Source of the DNA: Gammaproteobacteria bacterium | GTDB lineage: Bacteria; Pseudomonadota; Gammaproteobacteria; S012-40 | Reading direction: 5' to 3' | Assembly: GCA_027021445.1 (NCBI GenBank) | Contig: JALUUH010000235.1 | Coordinates: 7,646 to 71,645 of the forward strand | Length of the DNA stretch: 64,000 nt | Shown here: piece after piece, positions 38,974-48,416 of the stretch | How positions within the stretch are numbered: position 1 is the first letter of the stretch | How the letters are laid out: each line of letters starts with the position of its first letter | Program-made: the position numbers and the translations under genes | Notes under the pieces: model-generated | The model's input: only the letters and a program-made list of their open reading frames with translations | What the model was told of the DNA's origin: nothing | The model's database searches: none

Positions 38974-40365
38974 TTATTTTTTTTTCCCGTATCTCTTGCC
39001 GGTGCTCTTTTTTTTGTATTCTTGCAATGGTGTTAGCTTAATTCGTTTTTCTTTATAGGGGTTGTCGCTGCCTTTATAGACCACGCGCAAAGGTGAGCCT
39101 TTGATTTTTAAAACTTTACGGAAGGTGTTAATAAGATAACGGGTATAACTTTCTGGAACGCGATTTATTTGATTGCCATGTATTACGATAACGGGTGGAT
39201 TTTTACCGCCTTGATGTGCATACCGTAGTTTAATACGCCGACCATGAACGAGAGGGGGCTGATGTGAGCTTACCGCGTCTTCTAATATTCGAGTGAGCAT
39301 GGGGGTTGCAAAGTCGCTCATTGATGATTGATAAGCTTTGTGTACAACATCCATTAAGAGACCGACGCCGCTGCCGTGTAAGGCTGAAATATAATGTACT
39401 GACGCAAAATCAACAAAACTGAGTTTGCGTTCGTATTCTGTTTTTATCCACTCACGTTGGTCTTGGCTAAGGCCGTCCCATTTATTCACGGCGATGACGA
39501 GCGCTTTTCCTTCATCGAGTATGTATCCGAGCAAGGTGGCATCTTGGGCACTGATTTCTGCTTGTGCATCGAGTACAAACATGACTACGTGGCAGGAGTC
39601 TATAGCTTGCAAGGCTTTTATGATGCTGAATTTTTCAATTTTTTCGGAGACTCGTGTGCGTCTGCGAACACCTGCAGTATCGATTAAGGTATAGGGGTGA
39701 TTATTGTGCTCGAACGGTATGAAAATGCTATCGCGTGTGGTGCCCGGCATATCGAATGCGAGTACGCGTTCTTCTCCGAGTAAGCGATTGACTAAAGTAG
39801 ATTTGCCGACGTTAGGTCGACCCACAATCGCTACTTTTGCGCTATGTTCGTCGTCTTCTTCATGTGCTTCTCGATCTGAGTCTAATTCGGTATCAATGAA
39901 ATCCATGAGTTCGTTAACCCCGGAGCCGTGTTCAGCGGCGATAGGGTAGGGTTGACCTAGCCCCATACTATAAAAATCAGCAGTGACGATGTCAGCGTCG
40001 AGGCGTTCTGTTTTGTTGACAATGAGGTAGATGGGTTTTTTAAGTTTACGCAGGGTTTTTACAATGGCTTCGTCCGCTACAGTGATTCCTTCTTTGCCAT
40101 CAACCAGGAATAATACCGCGTTAGCTTCTTCCATGGCCTGTCGAGCTTGTTCCGCGATGAGTTTATCAATGCCGGCATCACTGGTGATGCCGCCGGTATC
40201 AATAACAATGAAATCGCCTTGGCCTGCTTTAACATTCCCATATCGACGATCACGAGTTAGGCCAGGCTCGTTGGCCACCAATGCGTCACGGCTTTTGGTG
40301 AGGCGGTTGAATAAGGTGGATTTGCCGACATTTGGGCGGCCTACCAGGGCAATAACACGTTTCAT
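38974..40365 (-). CDS. der: Ribosome biogenesis GTPase Der
   Basis: Two GRPNVGKS domains and KLRYAHQGG KH-like domain. Confidence 0.98.
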   Translation of the reverse strand: MKRVIALVGRPNVGKSTLFNRLTKSRDALVANEPGLTRDRRYGNVKAGQGDFIVIDTGGITSDAGIDKLIAEQARQAMEEANAVLFLVDGKEGITVADEAIVKTLRKLKKPIYLIVNKTERLDADIVTADFYSMGLGQPYPIAAEHGSGVNELMDFIDTELDSDREAHEEDDEHSAKVAIVGRPNVGKSTLVNRLLGEERVLAFDMPGTTRDSIFIPFEHNNHPYTLIDTAGVRRRTRVSEKIEKFSIIKALQAIDSCHVVMFVLDAQAEISAQDATLLGYILDEGKALVIAVNKWDGLSQDQREWIKTEYERKLSFVDFASVHYISALHGSGVGLLMDVVHKAYQSSMSDFATPMLTRILEDAVSSHQPPLVHGRRIKLRYAHQGGKNPPVIVIHGNQINRVPESYTRYLINTFRKVLKIKGSPLRVVYKGSDNPYKEKRIKLTPLQEYKKKSTGKRYGKKK

Positions 40366-40367
40366 CG

Positions 40368-41594
40368 TTATTTATAGGCCAGCGAAATAAAAGCGCCATT
40401 TTGATATGGAACAAAGATTTGCTTTCCATTGCTGAGGGGGGGGCTAATAACTCGGACATCTTCAATATCATGTGCGGCATCAAATGCATTTTTTACTTCT
40501 GTGCTTTCTGCAAGATTGATGATGCCGGTTTCTTCTCCCAGCCATTGGTAATCGACTCGCCCTAGTACTTTGCCGTCTTCTTTGGCAAGTGAGAAAATAG
40601 AGCCATCAATGCCGCCAACAATTAAATTTTCAGCGACGACTAATGGCGTAGTCGTGACTATTTTTTTGAGTTTTTCTTGCACCCAGAGCGTGGAACCATT
40701 ACGTCGATCTAAAGCCCATATTTTACCATCGACATCGGTGATGAATAATAAGTCATTGGCCATGGATACGCCAAGGTGAGAAGACATTTCACGTGTCCAT
40801 AGAATGCGTCCTGTGCCAGCCGTTAAGGCCACGGCTCTACCTTGGAAGCTGCTGACATAAACTGTGTCATCATGGACTTGAATCAGTCCATCGACATCAA
40901 CCATTCGCTCTAATTCCGATCTTCCTTTAGGGACGGCTATTGTAGTCTCCCAAATCATTTTTCCATCATCAACGGAGAGCGCGACTAATTTTCCGTTGGC
41001 AAAGCCGGTAATCACTTTATCTTCAGTGATAACGGGTGAGGCGGTGCCGCGTAGGGTTAGTGGGGGAACGTTTCTATCATAAACCCAAACTTGCTCGCCG
41101 CTACGTAGATCGAGTGCTGTTATTTTTCCATCATTGCTTTGCACGATGACGTTGCTGCTGGATATTTGCGGTGCTGCTAGAATTTCGCTACTAACGGATT
41201 TTTTCCAGATCAATTGACCGTCGTTTTTATCGAGGAGTAAGACACCGGCATCTCTTGTTCCGAGTGCGAGATAATTATTGGCGACGTTGGGGCCAGCGGT
41301 AAACGCATCGGTGAATTGTTTTTTCCATATGTGCTTTCCGCTGTCTGCATGGAGGGCCATCACTAAGCCGCTGTGATCGGCGACATAAAGTATTTTATCG
41401 CTGAGGGTAGCACGTTGTTTGCTGATGCGATTAATTCCATGATCTGCGAGTTGCACTGACCATAAAGGATTGACGCTTATCGTTTTTATGCTGGAGATAT
41501 ACGCGAGTTTTTCCTCATCCAGCTTTTTTGGAGTGCTTTCGCAAGCAGATAAAACGGCGAGGAAGCACACACCTATAATAAGACTTCGAATCAA
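40368..41594 (-). CDS. bamB: Outer membrane assembly lipoprotein BamB
   Basis: Lipobox LSAC, PQQ-like repeats, LTLRG..SP, ELERMVDVD; synteny. Confidence 0.95.
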   Translation of the reverse strand: MIRSLIIGVCFLAVLSACESTPKKLDEEKLAYISSIKTISVNPLWSVQLADHGINRISKQRATLSDKILYVADHSGLVMALHADSGKHIWKKQFTDAFTAGPNVANNYLALGTRDAGVLLLDKNDGQLIWKKSVSSEILAAPQISSSNVIVQSNDGKITALDLRSGEQVWVYDRNVPPLTLRGTASPVITEDKVITGFANGKLVALSVDDGKMIWETTIAVPKGRSELERMVDVDGLIQVHDDTVYVSSFQGRAVALTAGTGRILWTREMSSHLGVSMANDLLFITDVDGKIWALDRRNGSTLWVQEKLKKIVTTTPLVVAENLIVGGIDGSIFSLAKEDGKVLGRVDYQWLGEETGIINLAESTEVKNAFDAAHDIEDVRVISPPLSNGKQIFVPYQNGAFISLAYK

Positions 41595-42460
41595 GGTTGC
41601 ACCTCGTTAGTTGTCACTGTAGCAGGTATTGTCTCAATGGGACTCATTTCGGCGGTGGTGGTTTCAGCTGGTGCGATCTCAGTAGGTGTTCCTGCAGTTA
41701 TTGGGTTTTCGGTTTTAGCTGAGTTTGCTTCTGTCGCTACCGATTCGAGAGCAGGGGTTTCTTGCGTAGCCACTGCTGGGGCGGATATTTCCGGGGCAGT
41801 CATTGACGTGCTGGAAACTGTTGGGCCATTACCTAAGTCATCAAGTTTTAGTTGTACCAATTGCTTGGTTTGGGGTGTTGCGCCATCACTTTGTAACGTG
41901 TGCTGATAAGCACTTCTTGCTTGATCAAATTCGCCTTGTGCACGATAAATATCACCTTTGAGTACCGAGTATTCCGATGCAAAATCACTCATATTGCCTT
42001 GCATGGTATGTGTTAATGCCTCATTTAACTCTCCTGTGGCAATGAGTACTCGGATTAAACGTAAACGAATAATATGTTCGATGGCGGGTTTATCGTTATT
42101 ATCTAAGGCCCAGCTTAAGCGCATTTTGGCTTCGTCTAGGTTTCCTTTTTCGGCTTCGATCTTGGCCATGGCGAGAGATGACATGATCGCATAGTGGGAT
42201 TCCTTGTGCTTATCGATGAGTTGTCCACCACGTTTTAATGCGGCATCCGTTTTCTCGTTGCGCAGTTCTTCCATCATTGCGTCAAATTCGTTGGAGACTG
42301 TGAATTGAGCTGTTTGCTTATAATCTTTCCAGATACCACCGCCAACAACACCAGCAAAAATGAATATCAATGCGATAATTAGGTATTTGCCGTTTTTTTC
42401 CCACCAGCGTTTAATGGCGTCTATTTGATCTTCTTCGGTACGATAGGTTTCCAAGGTCAT
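41591..42460 (-). CDS. yfgM: YfgM TPR ancillary SecYEG subunit with a low-complexity C-terminal tail
   Basis: TEEDQIDAIKRWW..NG, TM, GDI..AQG, LKLDDL; synteny. Confidence 0.9.
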   Translation of the reverse strand: MTLETYRTEEDQIDAIKRWWEKNGKYLIIALIFIFAGVVGGGIWKDYKQTAQFTVSNEFDAMMEELRNEKTDAALKRGGQLIDKHKESHYAIMSSLAMAKIEAEKGNLDEAKMRLSWALDNNDKPAIEHIIRLRLIRVLIATGELNEALTHTMQGNMSDFASEYSVLKGDIYRAQGEFDQARSAYQHTLQSDGATPQTKQLVQLKLDDLGNGPTVSSTSMTAPEISAPAVATQETPALESVATEANSAKTENPITAGTPTEIAPAETTTAEMSPIETIPATVTTNEVQP

Positions 42461-42486
42461 TCCTCTTTACATAAAATTTAGGCGAT

Positions 42487-42516
42487 CTAGGAGGCTGTTC
42501 TCAGACAGTCTTCTAG
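42487..42516. repeat. CTAG-flanked MITE/REP-like repeat copy
   Basis: CTAGGAGGCTGTTCTCAGACAGTCTTCTAG. Confidence 0.75.
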
Positions 42517-42537
42517 AGTATAAATTCTCGATGTTGT

Positions 42538-43812
42538 CTATTCTAACTGAGATTTTAAGAAGTCCGTTAGTTCATCCTGTGAAATAGTCCGTTGTTCGGC
42601 CGTTTCACGCAATGCTTTGATCGTAATTTGCTTGTTTTCTAACTCCGATTCGCCGAGTAATAAGGCCCAGTGTGCGCCACTTTTATCTGCTCGTTTCATT
42701 TGTGCTTTAAAACTACCGCCATTTAGGTTCTGTAACACGGATAGCTTAGGTATTTGGTTGCGAATTTGCTCAATGAGAACCATCCCTGCCTCTTGGGTTC
42801 CTGCTCCAACCATGGCTAGATAGCAGTCAGGTGTAGTAGTCGGGGGAGAAGCCTGGGTTTCTTCTAATAAGCTGATAAGGCGCTCAGCTCCCATGGCGAA
42901 CCCTGCGGCGGGCGTCGCTCGCCCACCTAATTGTGTTACCAAACCATCAAATCTGCCACCCGCGCAGACGGTACCTTGGGCACCGAGTTTATCCGTCACC
43001 CATTCAAAAACGGTTCGCGTATAATAATCTAATCCGCGGACTAATGAAGGATTTACTTCGTATTCAATCCCCGTCTTGTCGAGTAAATTTTTTAGCGTGG
43101 CAAAATGCCGTTGTGATTCTTCGTCTAGGTGCTCTAGTAATCTCGGAGCATGTTTTACAATTTCTTGGGTTTGGGTATTTTTGCTGTCTAAAACGCGTAA
43201 TGGATTTGTTGTTAATCGGCGTTGGCTATCTTCGTCGAGGTCGGCTTCGTGCTTCGCAAGATATGCCACTAATAGCGCGCGATAACTTGCACGGCACTCG
43301 GGTGTTCCCAGTGAGTTAATTTGCAGCTTTAGATGGGGTAATAAGCCAAGATTTGTCCATAACCTATGGGTTAGAAAGAGCAATTCTGCATCGAGCTCCG
43401 GGCCTTCAAAGCCAAAGGCTTCTACTCCAAATTGATAAAATTGGCGATATCGCCCTTTTTGTGGCCGTTCATGTCGAAACATCGGGCCAAAATACCATAG
43501 TTTTTGCGTTTGATTATGTAATAAGCCGTTTTCTATAGCAGCTCGGACGCATCCTGCCGTTCCTTCCGGTCGAAGGCTAAGATTATCCCCGTTTCTATCC
43601 TCGAAACTGTACATTTCTTTTTCGACAATGTCGGTTACTTTGCCAATTGAGCGTAAAAATAAATCGGTTTTTTCGACCACGGGCAGACGAATTTCGGCAT
43701 AACCGTAGTTCATCAAGATGTTTTTAATCGTTTGTTCCAGTTGCTGCCAGTAGGGCATGCGTGCTGGAAGAATGTCATGCATTCCACGGATGGCTTGGAT
43801 ATGCTTGGCCAC
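42538..43812 (-). CDS. hisS: Histidine--tRNA ligase
   Basis: [38 protein letters not shown]; likely GTG start at 43812 with GGAG (ATG at 43824 is the alternative). Confidence 0.98.
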   Translation of the reverse strand: MAKHIQAIRGMHDILPARMPYWQQLEQTIKNILMNYGYAEIRLPVVEKTDLFLRSIGKVTDIVEKEMYSFEDRNGDNLSLRPEGTAGCVRAAIENGLLHNQTQKLWYFGPMFRHERPQKGRYRQFYQFGVEAFGFEGPELDAELLFLTHRLWTNLGLLPHLKLQINSLGTPECRASYRALLVAYLAKHEADLDEDSQRRLTTNPLRVLDSKNTQTQEIVKHAPRLLEHLDEESQRHFATLKNLLDKTGIEYEVNPSLVRGLDYYTRTVFEWVTDKLGAQGTVCAGGRFDGLVTQLGGRATPAAGFAMGAERLISLLEETQASPPTTTPDCYLAMVGAGTQEAGMVLIEQIRNQIPKLSVLQNLNGGSFKAQMKRADKSGAHWALLLGESELENKQITIKALRETAEQRTISQDELTDFLKSQLE

Positions 43813-43947
43813 ATTGTTCTCCATAATTAGGGGACGGTCTTAGGAATGAGTAATTTTATTCTAGAAATACAATAGGATCACGATTTACTTTATAATTAGT
43901 AGCGACGGAGATGAGTGATTATTCCAATTGTTTAATTTATCTTTTGA

Positions 43948-44538
43948 CTACTCTTTTTTAGGTAATTCCAACGTATTGTCAATACTGGGCGTAGGTAAAG
44001 CCAATGTAGAAGATTCAGGTTCTGTCTTTGAGCTTGATATTGAATCGAGTGTGTTTAAAGTGAGTGATTCCCCAATTCCTGCTGAACGTCCCCAGAGGAT
44101 GGCGAGAACGAGTAATAGTATTGCAACCGTATACATTGCCCAGCGCATGGAGGTATGACGGCTATCAATTTTGTCTCGATAAGCTACTCTGGCCAATTCT
44201 GGTTCTAGTTCATGTCCATAACGTTCAAAACATGCCACGACTTCTTCCGAAGGTAGGCCAACGAGGTTCGCATACCGTCGACAGAAGTTTTTTACATATA
44301 TTGGAGCGGGCAGTTCATCAAATTTATCATTTTCTAAAGCCCGTAGTTGGTAAATGCTCATGTTCATTCTTGAGGCCGCTTCCATTTCTGAAATTTCCAT
44401 GCTTTTACGTAGTCTAGCGAGTATTTTTCCAGGGCCTTCGGTGCTCATTTGTTGCAATTCATTGATTAACGCACTGATGTCTGGGTTTATTTCTGGTTTT
44501 TCACTGATGGAGTCTCTGTCTAAAACGGGATCTGCCAT
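43948..44538 (-). CDS. rodZ: RodZ-like protein (HTH plus TM, no periplasmic domain)
   Basis: GPGKIL..LR, LE.D.FDELP..IYVK.F.R.YA, one TM; synteny. Confidence 0.8.
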   Translation of the reverse strand: MADPVLDRDSISEKPEINPDISALINELQQMSTEGPGKILARLRKSMEISEMEAASRMNMSIYQLRALENDKFDELPAPIYVKNFCRRYANLVGLPSEEVVACFERYGHELEPELARVAYRDKIDSRHTSMRWAMYTVAILLLVLAILWGRSAGIGESLTLNTLDSISSSKTEPESSTLALPTPSIDNTLELPKKE

Positions 44539-44550
44539 TTTTTTATCCTT

Positions 44551-45297
44551 CTAGTTCGGTTTTCTACTATTGGGTTTAATGTTGAGTTTATCAGAAGACG
44601 TTTTGTTTCCAAGTATTTGTTTTAGCTCAATATCTATTTTCATGCTTTCAGGAGTCGCTTTCGCTATTGCATGAAACTGCAGGATATAGCGGCGGGTTTC
44701 CAGATAATTTTGTTGCGCAAATTGTAACTTAGCCATTTCGAGTAGTGAACGCTGTTGTGTCGCATTTAACGCTAAAGCCTTACGGAAATAAATTTCTGCT
44801 TGTTGTTTGTTTTGTTTTACGGCACATAAAGCGGCATTTTCGTAAGCGGCAGATGGTGTGACATACATCTTATGTTTTGCTGCGTTAAGAAAATGTTGCT
44901 CTGCTTGCTCGAGCAGTCCCTTTGTACACAAATAAACACCAAAATTATTATGTACTATGCCGTATTCGCTGCTGTTATTCGGAACGTTATCAATGGCTTT
45001 TTGAAAGTATATTTCAGCTTGTGAAAAATTACCTAATCTTTTGTGCACTTCTGCAAGCATTAAGTGTGTGATATAGGAGTCTGAGTCTTCAGACAGGGCT
45101 TTTTGAAAATAATTCAGAGCATTTTCCATTCGCCCTTGTTTTAGATACTCTGTGCCTAGTCTTAGGTTAATGCTTACCTTTTCCTCGGAGCTGGATTGAT
45201 TCTCGTTGATGGTTACACAACTGCTGAGGATGAATGAAATTAAGAGTAAGAATGATTTAATTTGAATTACCGGCTTTTTTCTCTCCATTTGCGTCAT
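44551..45297 (-). CDS. pilW: Type IV pilus pilotin PilW/PilF
   Basis: Lipobox LSSC, TPRs, [16 protein letters not shown]; synteny. Confidence 0.9.
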   Translation of the reverse strand: MTQMERKKPVIQIKSFLLLISFILSSCVTINENQSSSEEKVSINLRLGTEYLKQGRMENALNYFQKALSEDSDSYITHLMLAEVHKRLGNFSQAEIYFQKAIDNVPNNSSEYGIVHNNFGVYLCTKGLLEQAEQHFLNAAKHKMYVTPSAAYENAALCAVKQNKQQAEIYFRKALALNATQQRSLLEMAKLQFAQQNYLETRRYILQFHAIAKATPESMKIDIELKQILGNKTSSDKLNIKPNSRKPN

Positions 45298-46396
45298 TCA
45301 ACTGTTTCTTTATCCGTTCTCTTCTCTGGGTTCTATCAAGCACTTTTCCCGCCAGTTGGCCGCAAGCCGCATCAATATCTTCGCCCCTGGTTCGGCGGGT
45401 AATCGTAGTCATGCCTGCGCGGTATAATTCATGGTAAAACACATCAATATCCGCTTGCGTAGATGTTTTATAGACGGAGTTTGGGTATGGGTTGAACGGA
45501 ATAAGGTTTATTTTTGCAGGAATTCCTTGTAATAATTTTACCAGTTCCTTGGCATGTTTTGCTTGGTCGTTAATGCCTCTCAGCATGACATATTCAAAGG
45601 TGATTTTTTTTCTGGCGGTGTCGTCCACATATCTTTTGCACGCGGCGAGCAAATCAGCAATGGGGTATTTTTTATTAACGGGCACGAGTTCGTTGCGTAG
45701 TTCGTCGGTGGTGGCGTGTAATGAAATGGCAAGACTAACATCACAGTCTTCGCGTAATTTGTCTAAGGCCGGGATAATGCCGGCAGTACTTAGAGTGACT
45801 CGACGTTTGGATAGGCCAAAAGCGTTGTCTTCCAGCATGAGTCTCAGCGCAGGAAGTACTTGATCGTAGTTCAATAAAGGCTCACCCATGCCCATGAATA
45901 CTACATTGGTAATGATGCGATGTTGTTGATTTGCTTCGAATTGTCCGAGCAATTTGGCGGCAATCCATAGTTGCCCAATAATTTCTGAGGTTGTGAGGTT
46001 GCGATTAAAACCTTGCTTGGCGGTTGAGCAAAAGGAGCAGTTTAATATACAACCGACTTGTGACGAAATACACAAGGTTCCACGGCCTGATTCAGGAATA
46101 AAAACAGTCTCGATACAGTTGCCATCATCAAGGCGTAACAACCATTTTCGTGTGCCGTCGTTGGAGTTTTGCTCAACCACCATTTCTGGGGCACGAATTT
46201 CAGCACGGGAACTCAGTAAAGTTCTTAAGCTCTTAGAGAAGTCCGTCATTGCAGCAAAATCGGATATACCGCGATGATATATCCACTTTAACAATTGGGT
46301 TGAGCGGAAAGGTTTTTCACCGTGATCGGCAAAAAACTGCTGCAAGCCATTAGGGTCAAAATTTAGCAAATTTTGTTTTGGCGCAATAACGGACAT
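45257..46396 (-). CDS. rlmN: 23S rRNA m2A2503 / tRNA methyltransferase RlmN
   Basis: [21 protein letters not shown] and AACGQL motifs. Confidence 0.98.
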   Translation of the reverse strand: MSVIAPKQNLLNFDPNGLQQFFADHGEKPFRSTQLLKWIYHRGISDFAAMTDFSKSLRTLLSSRAEIRAPEMVVEQNSNDGTRKWLLRLDDGNCIETVFIPESGRGTLCISSQVGCILNCSFCSTAKQGFNRNLTTSEIIGQLWIAAKLLGQFEANQQHRIITNVVFMGMGEPLLNYDQVLPALRLMLEDNAFGLSKRRVTLSTAGIIPALDKLREDCDVSLAISLHATTDELRNELVPVNKKYPIADLLAACKRYVDDTARKKITFEYVMLRGINDQAKHAKELVKLLQGIPAKINLIPFNPYPNSVYKTSTQADIDVFYHELYRAGMTTITRRTRGEDIDAACGQLAGKVLDRTQRRERIKKQLNDANGEKKAGNSN

Positions 46397-46405
46397 AGCT
46401 AGCTT

Positions 46406-46831
46406 TTATCGCGCACAAATTTCAGCATTATCGAAGAAAAAAGCAATTTCTTGTGCCGCTGTTTCTGGAGCATCTGAGCCGTGAACCGCATTGGCGTCAA
46501 TGCTGTCAGCAAAATCTGCTCGAATAGTACCGGGGGCTGCCTCTTTAGGGTTTGTGGCACCCATGACATCACGATTTTTCGCAATGGCATTATCGCCTTC
46601 CAAAATTTGAATCATCACTGGGCCAGAGGTCATGAACCCTACTAAGTCATCATAAAAAGGACGTTCTTTGTGAACCGCATAAAATTCGCCTGCTTGTTCT
46701 TTGGATAAATGAACCATTTTAGCAGCGACAATTTGCAGGCCTGCTTGTTCAAAACGCGCATAAATTTCACCAATAACGTTTTTAGCGACGGCGTCAGGTT
46801 TGATAATAGAAATAGTACGTTCTACGGCCAT
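46406..46831 (-). CDS. ndk: Nucleoside diphosphate kinase
   Basis: IIKPDAV, GTIRADF and NAVHGSD motifs. Confidence 0.98.
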   Translation of the reverse strand: MAVERTISIIKPDAVAKNVIGEIYARFEQAGLQIVAAKMVHLSKEQAGEFYAVHKERPFYDDLVGFMTSGPVMIQILEGDNAIAKNRDVMGATNPKEAAPGTIRADFADSIDANAVHGSDAPETAAQEIAFFFDNAEICAR

Positions 46832-46862
46832 GAGTTACTCCATGTTGTGTGGTTTAGCTAGC

Positions 46863-46902
46863 ACCTAGATCTTGCAAGCACGATCACTTGCAGGATCTAG
46901 GT
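46863..46902. repeat. 16-bp inverted repeat in the ndk leader
   Basis: ACCTAGATCTTGCAAG-N8-CTTGCAGGATCTAGGT, one mismatch. Confidence 0.75.
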
Positions 46903-46918
46903 AGCAAAGATTACGAAA

Positions 46919-46955
46919 GGCGCGGATTTTAGCACTTCGTGCACTTTTCAGCCAA
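46919..46955 (-). promoter_or_regulatory. Sigma-70 promoter of ndk with GC-rich discriminator
   Basis: TTGGCT-N18-TAAAAT with TG extension, followed by CCGCGCC. Confidence 0.55.
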
Positions 46956-47089
46956 CTACTTGTTGGATTATATATTTCAGCGCTCATCAGGCGTGTTCTA
47001 AAGGAACTTTTGCTGTTGTCGTCATATTGATCAGTGGAATGCCGAAAGGAAGTAATTTTGGAGTCAATTGGAGGACTTTGGGTAAAAAA

Positions 47090-48358
47090 ATGAATAATGG
47101 TGGGCGCTTAGCTTGCTTCGGTATTTTATTTGGACTTTTCGTCGCCGTGGAGGCGAGTCCTCTGTATTCGCGTATATATCAGGTGAGCTGTACTGCTTGT
47201 CATTCAGCAGCACCCGCGCTGAATGAGATGGGCCAAAGGTTTGCAGTGACCGGTGTGGCGCCGTTTAAGAAAAAATCAGACGATGTGAATACCAAGGATG
47301 ATCGATTAGATCTGACTAAGGCGTTTCCGTTTTCTATTCGAGCCAGTGGATACGCGAAATTGCGGCGTGGCCGTGAAATTCTCGATTTTGCAACTGGTGA
47401 AACAGGGATGAGTCCTTTTTTTGATATGCATGCCCCGGAGAAAATTAAGTTGATGTCGGCGTCTAGCGTTTCCGATAAATTAGACTTTTTATTGGCCGGG
47501 ACTTTTGCGCCGGCTATTAATGACGGCGCAATTCGCTTGAATGAAGGCTGGGTACGTTATCGCTCGGGTGGTGTGTTGCCTGTCAATATTAAATTCGGTC
47601 AGTTTTCAATAACGGACGTAATGTTTAACTCAAAAACACGGCTTACCTTTCAATCTTATTTAGCCTATGAGCTGAGTCGTATTGGAGTAGACAGAGGGAT
47701 TCGAATTGATGGTTATTTTGATGATTTGCCCATCAGCGTGGGAATGACGAATGGCAGTGAGCTTAATTCTAGTGCACCAGCTAACGCGGCAGGTATTTAT
47801 CGAAATGATTATTTTTTAGATGATAATAGCGGTAAAAATTTTTATGCATATTTTCGGATGAAGTTTTCTTTGTTTGATCTGGGTTTGTTTTGGCTGAATG
47901 GTCAGCAGCAATCAGCATCAGGTGTTCTTGCGGATCAACGCGGAGTGACAGAAAGTGCACGCTCTGTCTTCGGGCTAGATTTTGCGATGCATGCAAATAA
48001 CTCAGTGCGTTTTTATGGTCAAGCATTGATGAATCAGTGGGTGGATTTTATTGATCCTGGAGACCGATATAGCTGGTATGCCGGATTTTTAGGTGCTGAT
48101 TATTTCGCGAGTGATGAGCTTGCCTTTTCTCTCTTGTATAACTATGCGTTAGCGGGTGATTTTAAGGACTCTGGCACTATTTACGAAGGTTTGGGTTTAA
48201 ATGCGATTACTTCGTCTGCTTCTTTTTACCTCTCGCGAAATGCGCGAGTAATTTTTGAAATTACCCTGGATTTACTGCCCATTGACGATGATTTGGATTT
48301 TGTTGGGCACGAAGATAAAGAAGACTATATTTCTTTAGGTTTCGATCTTTCCTTTTAA
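47090..48358 (+). CDS. Cyc2-like fused monoheme cytochrome c / outer-membrane porin
   Basis: Signal peptide, then PLYSR...SCTACH..P.LN..G..F...G, beta-barrel, ends GFDLSF. Confidence 0.8.
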   Translation: MNNGGRLACFGILFGLFVAVEASPLYSRIYQVSCTACHSAAPALNEMGQRFAVTGVAPFKKKSDDVNTKDDRLDLTKAFPFSIRASGYAKLRRGREILDFATGETGMSPFFDMHAPEKIKLMSASSVSDKLDFLLAGTFAPAINDGAIRLNEGWVRYRSGGVLPVNIKFGQFSITDVMFNSKTRLTFQSYLAYELSRIGVDRGIRIDGYFDDLPISVGMTNGSELNSSAPANAAGIYRNDYFLDDNSGKNFYAYFRMKFSLFDLGLFWLNGQQQSASGVLADQRGVTESARSVFGLDFAMHANNSVRFYGQALMNQWVDFIDPGDRYSWYAGFLGADYFASDELAFSLLYNYALAGDFKDSGTIYEGLGLNAITSSASFYLSRNARVIFEITLDLLPIDDDLDFVGHEDKEDYISLGFDLSF

Positions 48359-48416
48359 ATCTCAATAGTTACGTTCCTGAAATTCAACTCATATAAGGTT
48401 TCTTCCGATATACATA

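Noticed and set aside
48384-48411. Sigma-28-like promoter TCAA...TCCGATAT
   Set aside because: Spacer is 16 rather than 15 and both boxes are imperfect
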